Assembly: GCA_028872915.1 (NCBI GenBank)
Contig: JAGWNY010000014.1
Coordinates: 3,739-67,738 of the forward strand
DNA: 64,000 nucleotides
Direction of reading: 5' to 3'
Source of the DNA: Verrucomicrobiota bacterium
GTDB taxonomy: Bacteria > Verrucomicrobiota > Verrucomicrobiia > Limisphaerales > UBA11358
Positions 17,406 through 23,939 of this stretch are shown in pieces. Position numbers and translations under genes: made by a program. The first letter of the stretch is position 1. Every line of letters starts with the position of its first letter. The notes under the pieces are model-generated. The model was not told the DNA's origin. It ran no database searches and was given only the letters and a program-made list of their open reading frames with translations.

Positions 17406-17596
17406 CGCTTTTACAAGGGGGCCGGTGAAGGGCCATTTAAATTTCCATGGCAAATCCGCCGAAGCCGGAGCGCACTTGCATCCACCGCCGCTTCTTGGAC
17501 CGGCGCGCGGGATTATTTTGCCAGGGGTTTTCACTTTTTAAAATATAATGGATTGAAACACCGGGGGCAAATGGAAGTTGCGCGGGAAACGGCGCG

Positions 17597-18214
17597 TTAT
17601 CCGACGTCTTCGCCCAATTCAACGTTCCAATAGGCGAGGTCAATGAAATGCTTCCAGCTATCGTGCCGGTTGGTCGAGAAGTTGATCTGGACGAAGGGCC
17701 GCCACTTCGGGCGCTTGGGCTTGCGGATGAGGTGCAATCCGGCTTCCTGCGGGGTGCGATTGGCCTTTTGGGTGTTGCACTCCACGCAGGAGCAAACGAT
17801 GTTTTCCCAGGTGGTCGGCCCGCCGCGATCGCGCGGAATGACGTGATCGAGGTTCAAATCCTTGCGGTCGAAGACGCGCCCGCAGTATTGGCAGATGTTT
17901 TTGTCGCGCTCAAAGATGTTATACCGCGTAAATTTGACTTCCTTTTTGGGAAGGCGGTCGTAAATGAGCAGGAGAATGATGCGCGGCACGCGGATGCGAA
18001 AGGAGACGGCGTGAATGGATTCGTCATGGGGCGCATCGGCGGAGAAATCGCGCCATTCATGGAAATTGAAGGTGCGAAAGGAGCCGTCGCCGGCATGAAC
18101 AACCACCTGGGCCTGGCCTTGAAAGAGCAAAGTGAGAGCGCGGCGGGTGGTGCAGACGTTGACAGCCTGCCACAACCGGTTCAACACAAGGACATGCTGG
18201 TTCAGGGCATTCAC
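17597..18214 (-). CDS. stand-alone HNH endonuclease
   Basis: CQYCGRVFDRKDLNLDHVIPRDRGGPTTWENIVCSCVECNTQK is a complete HNH/zinc-finger motif. Start inferred at the GTG at 18214 (VNALNQHVLVLNRLWQ). The rest of the 425-aa track ORF runs through DNA repeats and is rejected. Confidence 0.8.
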   Translation of the reverse strand: MNALNQHVLVLNRLWQAVNVCTTRRALTLLFQGQAQVVVHAGDGSFRTFNFHEWRDFSADAPHDESIHAVSFRIRVPRIILLLIYDRLPKKEVKFTRYNIFERDKNICQYCGRVFDRKDLNLDHVIPRDRGGPTTWENIVCSCVECNTQKANRTPQEAGLHLIRKPKRPKWRPFVQINFSTNRHDSWKHFIDLAYWNVELGEDVG

Positions 18215-18266
18215 CGCGGGGCCGAAAATAGCAAAATGCAAGGGAGGAGTCAATGGATATTGAAAT

Positions 18267-18435
18267 GATGAGCGGCGGCAGGCGCGGTCGGCCCTGGCGG
18301 CATTCAAGGCGGTGGAAAAATGCCTGGTAACCGCAATTAGCCGCAAATTACTCAAAATTACTGCAAATGGCCGCAAATGACTGCAATTGGCTGCAAATGG
18401 CGATGAGCGGCGGCAGGCGCGGGCGGCCCGGGCGG
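18267..18435. repeat. about 30-bp direct repeat pair bracketing a 7 x 10-bp tandem array
   Basis: gatgagcggcggcaggcgcgg(t/g)cggccc(t/g)ggcgg occurs at about 18267-18300 and 18401-18435. Between them, 18331-18400 reads ccgcaattag ccgcaaatta ctcaaaatta ctgcaaatgg ccgcaaatga ctgcaattgg ctgcaaatgg, an exact 10-bp period. Confidence 0.9.
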
Positions 18436-18595
18436 GAAGGATTCTTTCTGGCGTGAATGGGGCGGCGGGGCAACCGCCTGCCAGCCAACGGGATGGCGAC
18501 GGCCCGGCCAGTCTCACGGTCTTGCTCATACCACGCCGGAACCATGCAGTTGGCCCGGTTGCTCCCGGCCAGGTCCCATCAAACGACGGAAATTC

Positions 18596-18850
18596 CAACG
18601 TCGCCACCGGCGTGCTCCCGGATTCCATCTTGTTCGTTACGACAGATGCATTCATTACGACAGTCCCATTTACGACGACGTTGGCCACCGGGACGCCACC
18701 CCCTTCGGCGCCCATCTTGTTCGTTACGACAGTTCCGTTCCTTACGACAGTCCCATTCATTACGAGGACGTCGGCTGCCGGGACGCCGCTCCCTTCGGCG
18801 GCCATCTTGTTGGTTACGACAGTTGCATTCATTACTACAGTTGCATTAAA
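18596..18850. repeat. 87/90-bp tandem repeat, about 2.9 copies, containing TTACGACAG sub-repeats
   Basis: Units start at 18625, 18712 and 18802 (ccatcttgtt(c/g)gttacgacag...), with a partial unit before 18625. ttacgacag or near variants recur at least 6 times. No stop codons in several frames on both strands. Confidence 0.9.
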
Positions 18851-19007
18851 CCACGGGGATGGAAGGAAGTCCATGAAAAGTTATTTAACTGGATTTATCG
18901 CGGAAGTTCCTGCAATGGAACGTGTTCCAAAAAGTTATGTAACTGATTTGGCCCAAGTTGAATAACTTTTTTGGAATTTCAACGCGAAGACAGCGCATTT
19001 CACCCCC

Positions 19008-19245
19008 GCGGCACGGAGGACACGGAGGGGTGGACGGAGATTTTGGACAGGATGGACAGGATGATTTCACCACGGAGGCACGGAGGACACGGAGGACGCA
19101 CGGGAAAAACCGCGAGTAAACGCCAATATACGCGGATTGATCGGAAAGGCCTCACGCAAGGGCCGCAGCGGGCGCAAAGGTTTGGCCACGGATGGAACAC
19201 GAATTTTTTGACAGGATGACGGGATGGACAGGATGGACAGGATGA
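19008..19245. repeat. interspersed intergenic repeat element (cacggagg and ggacaggatg short tandem motifs), copy 1
   Basis: Contains gattttggacaggatggacaggatg, tttcaccacggaggcacggaggacacggagg, ggcctcacgcaaggg and gatggacaggatggacaggatg. The same modules recur at 23701-23868 and partly at 35031-35061. Confidence 0.85.
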
Positions 19246-19277
19246 AAGACAATGGCGGGACAATTCAGCCAAGCTCC

Positions 19278-19440
19278 ATGCGCGTGGTCCGACAGCCTGA
19301 AGTTCCCCTGGAACTGGAGGCGGCGGCGCGCTGGTATGAGGAGCGGCAGGCGCGGGGGCTGCGGGCGGGGACTTTCTGGCGGAATATCAGGCCACGCTGC
19401 GCCGCATCCTGGACGGGCCGGACGCGTTCAATAGGGGGGC
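19278..19440 (+). pseudogene. RelE/ParE-family toxin gene remnant (frameshifted and 3'-truncated)
   Basis: MRVVRQPEVPLELEAAARWYEERQARGL in one frame. The reading continues only after a frame change as DFLAEYQATLRRILDGPDAFNR. Together these match the conserved ParE/RelE N-terminal pattern (E.EL..A..WYEE...GLG..F..E........I...P.AF.R). Homology stops at the junction with the R-M cassette. Confidence 0.55.
19298..19332. repeat. 35-bp direct repeat, left copy (flanks the R-M cassette)
   Basis: tgaagttcccctggaactggaggcggcggcgcgct is identical to 21003-21037. Confidence 0.9.
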
Positions 19441-19475
19441 GCTAAATCACCGCTTACCCTCGTCCACTACTGATT

Positions 19476-19985
19476 TTAGCTCGTTTGGTGTCCGTTCTGA
19501 TCTTGATAAACGACCCGTCCGTTACTGCCTGCCCAATTTTCTGAAAAACCCACGTGAGAAATATCATTTCCGCTTCGGTCGAGTTGTCGTTCCGTTTCCA
19601 GGACCAAAACCCGTGGCTCAATCTCATATATGACCTTGCACTTCGCCTGGTTTTCCGCGTAGAAGACCGCAAAGTATATCTTTTTATTTCGCGTGATCCG
19701 GCTTAGAGAATCAGCACGTTTCGATGCGGGTTCCTTGAACATCCGGTCAAGTTGGCCAGACCCTCCTTCTTTGCATGATAGATATTCGTATTTCTCGCCA
19801 GGATTGTTTGGGGCGTGAGCATCCGCGTCGCGCTTGGAGTGAATAAGTTCATGTCCGAGAATGTCGGCGATTATCATTTCTTTCACCAGGCCAGGCTGGA
19901 GGAGGTTGCTGATGCCGACAGACTTTGCCAAGTCCGCCGCCTTTAGAACCAACTCCAGGATTTTACGATAGATTTCTCGCGCCAT
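19476..19985 (-). CDS. type II restriction endonuclease, PvuII-like
   Basis: 169 aa, starting 2 nt after the methyltransferase stop. Pattern match from my memory of R.PvuII: GLVKEMIIADILG vs GKLLQVLLITGL, RDADAHAPNNPGEKYEYLS vs GNDAVDNAGQEYELKS, and KKIYFAVFY...KVIYEIEP vs VPWIFAIYR...EAIYRLEP. No alignment was run. Confidence 0.55.
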   Translation of the reverse strand: MAREIYRKILELVLKAADLAKSVGISNLLQPGLVKEMIIADILGHELIHSKRDADAHAPNNPGEKYEYLSCKEGGSGQLDRMFKEPASKRADSLSRITRNKKIYFAVFYAENQAKCKVIYEIEPRVLVLETERQLDRSGNDISHVGFSENWAGSNGRVVYQDQNGHQTS

Positions 19986-19987
19986 GG

Positions 19988-20965
19988 TTAGAAAAGTCTT
20001 CCGGCAGAATCGCGCGCGACTTCTTGAAGTCTTTTATTTGCCGCCTCAACAAATTGAATATCTTTCTCAATCCCGATGAAATGTCGCCCGAGGCGTTTGC
20101 ACACAACAGGACACGTGCCCACGCCGGCAAAGGGATCCAAGACAAGATCACCTTCCGCGGAGCTGGCCTTTAACACCCTTTCCATCAGTTGTTCCGGTTT
20201 TTGGATCGTGTTGAGTGCATCCCGGCTTACCAGTTCCTTGGACTTGTAGGTAAGTTGCTTAATATCTCCCCACACATCGCCGGGGTTTTTTCCATCTCCA
20301 TTGAACTTCGTCCTGCCGAACTTCCCATTAGTAACGGATGGAACACGCTCGCAGCGAAGACGGTGCTGCAGCTCGACGAGTTGCGCAACACGAACGGCAT
20401 TGAGATCGTATGTCTTTGGTCTTTCGCCCTTTATGAAATAACAAATTATGTCGTAGTTGTTCGTGTAATTGATGCGCCCCTGGGCGAGGCGGCTTGGTTG
20501 ATACCAAACAATCTTTGAGCGCAGATTTAAAAATGGGCGGTAGTCAATAAAGTCAATGCAGTCTGGCTTGCCGAAAAGGTAAAGCGCGCCTCCATCCTTG
20601 AGCTTTGCGGCAAAGATACTTATTAGCCTTAGGTTGAATTCCTGAATGTTACCGAGTCTATCCCATTTGTTAGTGGTGATTCCGTAGGGGCCATCGCAAA
20701 CAACCAGATCAATACTCCCGTCCTTTACGCGAGGAAGCATCTCAAATGCATCCGCGTGATAGATTCGATCACGTTCCAACACCCTTTGCTTGTCTCCTTG
20801 CATGCTAACAGGTGACAGGCATGCGGTGTGTGGATAATGCTCCGCACGGTTGACGCTTTTATCCGTGACAGTTATCATGTGCGAATTATCGCCCAGGGTG
20901 ACACGGACGCAAGCTGTTTCCCAAAGAATTTGCATCGAGGAAACGGCGAAACAGCGTTGATGCAA
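19988..20965 (-). CDS. beta-class N4-cytosine/N6-adenine DNA methyltransferase
   Basis: Motif IV-like DLVVCDGPYG near the N-terminus and the AdoMet motif I DLVLDPFAGVGTCPVV near the C-terminus, which is the beta-class order. The start is uncertain. The internal ATG at 20803 (MQGDKQRVLERDRIYHADAF) would give a more typical 271-aa protein. Confidence 0.8.
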   Translation of the reverse strand: MHQRCFAVSSMQILWETACVRVTLGDNSHMITVTDKSVNRAEHYPHTACLSPVSMQGDKQRVLERDRIYHADAFEMLPRVKDGSIDLVVCDGPYGITTNKWDRLGNIQEFNLRLISIFAAKLKDGGALYLFGKPDCIDFIDYRPFLNLRSKIVWYQPSRLAQGRINYTNNYDIICYFIKGERPKTYDLNAVRVAQLVELQHRLRCERVPSVTNGKFGRTKFNGDGKNPGDVWGDIKQLTYKSKELVSRDALNTIQKPEQLMERVLKASSAEGDLVLDPFAGVGTCPVVCKRLGRHFIGIEKDIQFVEAANKRLQEVARDSAGRLF

Positions 20966-21002
20966 ATTGGCAAGAGCGAAGTTTTGCGCCGAGACATCAT
21001 GC

Positions 21003-21037
21003 GTGAAGTTCCCCTGGAACTGGAGGCGGCGGCGCGC
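21003..21037. repeat. 35-bp direct repeat, right copy (flanks the R-M cassette)
   Basis: Identical to 19298-19332. Here it is embedded in a 13-codon fragment, MREVPLELEAAAR-stop, starting at 20998. Confidence 0.9.
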
Positions 21038-21120
21038 TAGTCACCCGACCGCTTTACGTTCGCCAAATTGAGCCGACAGACCTTCAATGGTCATGTTTTC
21101 GGCGATGGCGTCGTGCGGAA

Positions 21121-21558
21121 TTAAGAGATATTTCCACGGTTTGCCGCCGTTCTTTGCGGAATGGTCGGTTGCGTGCCGGCAATGATCGCATCCAGATTGT
21201 AGTGATCCAGCCGCCGCTGCACGTCGCGGTTTCCCTCACGGCGAACCGACAAGGATTCCTTGTGAGTTGCCGGAAGCTGTAACTCCCCCTCCTCGTAAAT
21301 GTTCTGAAGATGCAGGCTGATGTTCTGCTGTGTCGTTTGAAACAACTCCGCCATTTGCGCCTGCGTCAGCCAGACCGTTTCATTTTCCAGCCGGACTTCC
21401 AGTCGAGTCCGCCCGTCCTCGGTCTGATCATTAAACACGGAATCGTTCACGTGGTCAAAAGCTTCCGGGTCGGTCAACTCCGGCAGGCGCGGATGGACGC
21501 GAATTATTTTTTCGCGCCGGGGGTGTTTTTTCTTTGCGGGAGGCGATGAAGGCTTCAT
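21121..21558 (-). CDS. RhuM-family protein, N-terminal fragment (likely truncated remnant)
   Basis: DGRTRLEVRLENETVWLTQAQMAELFQTTQQNISLHLQNIYEEGEL...HYNLDAIIA matches the conserved RhuM N-terminus. Similarity is lost right after IIA, where VGYRV... is expected, and the ORF stops at 146 aa. Start taken at the ATG at 21558, because the track ORF extension is antisense to trxB. Confidence 0.55.
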   Translation of the reverse strand: MKPSSPPAKKKHPRREKIIRVHPRLPELTDPEAFDHVNDSVFNDQTEDGRTRLEVRLENETVWLTQAQMAELFQTTQQNISLHLQNIYEEGELQLPATHKESLSVRREGNRDVQRRLDHYNLDAIIAGTQPTIPQRTAANRGNIS

Positions 21559-21570
21559 TCTTTTGCGGCT

Positions 21571-22500
21571 ATGGAGAAAGTTGTGATCATTGGTTCCGGG
21601 TGCGCGGGGTGGACTGGAGCGCTCTACACGGCGCGCGCCAACCTGAAACCGCTGGTGCTCATGGGGGCGCAGCCCGGCGGGCTGCTCACCACGACGAGCA
21701 TCGTGGAAAATTTTCCCGGATTTCCGGAAGGTTTGGACGGGTTTGAACTGATGTCGCGGATGCAAAAGCAGGCGGAACGTTTCGGTGCCAGGGCAACTTT
21801 TGGGACGGTGGAAAAGGCGGAATTTTCGAAGCGGCCGTTTGCGCTGACGGTGGACGGCGAAGCGATCGAAGCGGAGACGGTGATCATTGCAACGGGGGCA
21901 AGCCACAAACACCTGGGCGTTCCGGGCGAGGCTCTCCTAGAAACGAAGGGCGTGACGTACTGCGCCACGTGCGACGGGGCGCTCCCGATTTTCCGCAACC
22001 AACCGCTGGTGGTGGTGGGCGGAGGGGATTCGGCGTGCGAAGAGGCGCTTTATTTGACGCGGTTCGGCTCGGAAATTTTCCTGATTCATCGCCGCGACAA
22101 ATTGCGCGCCTCAAAAATCATGGCGGAGCGGGCGCTGACGCATCCGAAAATCCGTCCGCTTTGGGACTCGGCGGTGATGGAAATTCTGGACGCGGGCCAG
22201 GAGCGGGTTACGGGCGTGAAATTGAAGAATCTGAAGACCGATGCCGGAACGATCGTGCCGTGCGCGGGGGTTTTTGTGGCGATTGGCCACGCGCCCAACA
22301 CCGGGATTTTCAAGGGGCAGGTGGAGATGGACGGGGAGGGATACATCATTCGGGGAAAGGGCGCGGCCACGAGCGTGCCTGGGGTTTTTGTGGCGGGCGA
22401 CTGCGCGGACCGGGTTTACCGGCAGGCGGTGACGGCGGCGGGCATGGGTTGCGCCGCAGCCATTGAGGCGGAGCGATTTCTCGCGGCGGAGAACCAATAG
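21571..22500 (+). CDS. trxB: thioredoxin-disulfide reductase
   Basis: VVIIGSGCAGWTGALYTARA (FAD), redox-active CATCDG, VVGGGDSACEEALYL (NADPH) and GVFVAGDC. Confidence 0.9.
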   Translation: MEKVVIIGSGCAGWTGALYTARANLKPLVLMGAQPGGLLTTTSIVENFPGFPEGLDGFELMSRMQKQAERFGARATFGTVEKAEFSKRPFALTVDGEAIEAETVIIATGASHKHLGVPGEALLETKGVTYCATCDGALPIFRNQPLVVVGGGDSACEEALYLTRFGSEIFLIHRRDKLRASKIMAERALTHPKIRPLWDSAVMEILDAGQERVTGVKLKNLKTDAGTIVPCAGVFVAIGHAPNTGIFKGQVEMDGEGYIIRGKGAATSVPGVFVAGDCADRVYRQAVTAAGMGCAAAIEAERFLAAENQ

Positions 22501-22823
22501 TTCCAGATTGCTTTCAAATTGAGACCAACGTCCCTCTCCATGAAACCTTCTTTTAGCCGGTGGTTTGCTCCCAAATGTATCGCACCCAAAATGTCAAATT
22601 TTCCAACAGGATCATCCAAATCCCGCCGGACGGGGAATTTAGGCAGGCCCCGATGACGGACGCGCTGGCAAGTTACCGGGGGACGGTGAACCATGCAGCG
22701 GCCGGCGGATTTTCCGCGGCCTTGAACAATGGCAGGGGATGTTTTCGTTTGGGTTTGGCGCGGGCACGCGTTCCTTTTTTTGCCGGACCAAAACGGAAAC
22801 AGGGTTGAGGAGCACGTGAAGGA

Positions 22824-23639
22824 ATGAAAAAGTACGGCCATGTTTTCAGCGTGGGGGTGCAGAACAACCTGACGTATCGTTTCAATTACCTGACGCGAAC
22901 GCTGTTCAGTTTTGTTCCCCTGTTTGCCATGCTGTCATTGTGGCGGACGGTTTACGCGTCGAAGGGGGGTGGACAGTCGCTGTCCGGCTGGACGGAGGCG
23001 CAGACGGTGTTTTATTACATCCTGGTGGCGATCGTGGACGTGACGACGGCTGTGAATGACGACGACTGGCAGATAGCGGCGGACATTCGGGAGGGAAACA
23101 TCAGCCAGTTCCTGATCAAGCCGGTGAATTATTTGTGGTATCGGCTGTGCCTGTTTTTCGCGGGGCGGGCGGCGTACGTGGCGATAGCGGCGGCGCCGCT
23201 GGCGGCGTTTGTTTTTTGTTTTCGGAAGGATTTCGCGGCGCCGGCGACGCTGGCCGCGTGGGCGGCCTTTCCGATTTCGCTGTTGCTGACGGCGCTGCTG
23301 CAATTTTTCATTTCGTACACGATGGCGATGCTGGCGTTCTGGCTGCTGGAAATTTCGACGCTCATCTTCATTCTGTTCGCGTTCGAATACGTGGCCAGCG
23401 GGCATATTTTTCCGCTGGCCTTCCTGATCGCGAAATATCCCGCCGCGGGTCACGCGCTGTTTTTCACGCCGTTTCCCTCGATGCTTTACGTGCCGGTGGC
23501 GATTTACATGGGGAAGATACCGGAGGGGGAAATCTGGCCGAGCCTGATGATGCAACTGGCCTGGGTGCTGGCGGCGTTCCTGCTGGCCCGGTTTGCGTGG
23601 AGCCGCGGAATAAGAAAATATTCGGCGTTTGGAGGATGA
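22824..23639 (+). CDS. ABC-2 family transporter permease (ABC2_membrane_6/DUF990-like)
   Basis: 6-TM protein. The N-terminal LTYRFNYLTRTLFSFVPLFAMLSLWRTVY pattern is typical of this permease family. No cognate ATPase is adjacent. Confidence 0.5.
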   Translation: MKKYGHVFSVGVQNNLTYRFNYLTRTLFSFVPLFAMLSLWRTVYASKGGGQSLSGWTEAQTVFYYILVAIVDVTTAVNDDDWQIAADIREGNISQFLIKPVNYLWYRLCLFFAGRAAYVAIAAAPLAAFVFCFRKDFAAPATLAAWAAFPISLLLTALLQFFISYTMAMLAFWLLEISTLIFILFAFEYVASGHIFPLAFLIAKYPAAGHALFFTPFPSMLYVPVAIYMGKIPEGEIWPSLMMQLAWVLAAFLLARFAWSRGIRKYSAFGG

Positions 23640-23700
23640 GATGGCGGCAAGCGCCACGCCGCTTTGGGCCATGCTCGCTCGTTCAGGCGAGGACGAGGGG

Positions 23701-23868
23701 GATTTTGGACGGGATGGACAGGATGGACAGGATTATCAGATTGTCAGATTATCAGATTGTCAGATTGGGGCGCGCGAAATGGACGGGAATCGTCGCGAAC
23801 GGCACCAGGAAAAGGTCTCACGCAAGGGAGGCAAAAATTAACACGGAGGCACGGAGGACACGGAGGGG
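23701..23868. repeat. interspersed intergenic repeat element, copy 2, with embedded 4 x 8-bp microsatellite
   Basis: gattttggacgggatggacaggatggacagga, then atcagatt gtcagatt atcagatt gtcagatt, ggtctcacgcaaggg, and cacggaggcacggaggacacggagggg. The modules are shared with 19008-19245. Confidence 0.85.
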
Positions 23869-23939
23869 CGTAGTATTGCCGATCTCTTTGCCGGGACGAT
23901 TCCAAGCGAGGGATCAACAAAGTACAAACACCGACAATT

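Noticed and set aside
18215-18874. N-terminal 220-aa extension of the 425-aa minus-strand ORF that ends in the HNH domain (NGTVVTNKM.. and RACRRSS.. repeats)
   Set aside because: The extension is a read-through of three unrelated DNA repeat blocks that are equally open in other frames and on the other strand. The conserved HNH protein begins at VNALNQHVLVLNRLWQ, with a GTG at 18214. It is kept as a repeat region, not coding sequence.
18267-19260. Possible CRISPR array or diversity-generating-retroelement TR/VR pair
   Set aside because: The repeats are head-to-tail without unique spacers of regular length, so they are not CRISPR-like. Differences between the 87/90-bp units are not adenine-specific, and no reverse transcriptase or cas gene exists in the window.
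16200-21560. Calling the island a mobile element (prophage, ICE or transposon)
   Set aside because: No integrase, transposase, terminal inverted repeats or adjacent tRNA target is present. Only the 35-bp direct repeats around the R-M cassette suggest past recombination. It is therefore reported as a variable or defence island, not annotated as a mobile_element.
21559-21912. N-terminal extension of the RhuM-fragment ORF
   Set aside because: It overlaps trxB (21571-) in antisense. The extension is Arg/His/Pro-rich, so the ATG at 21558 is used instead.
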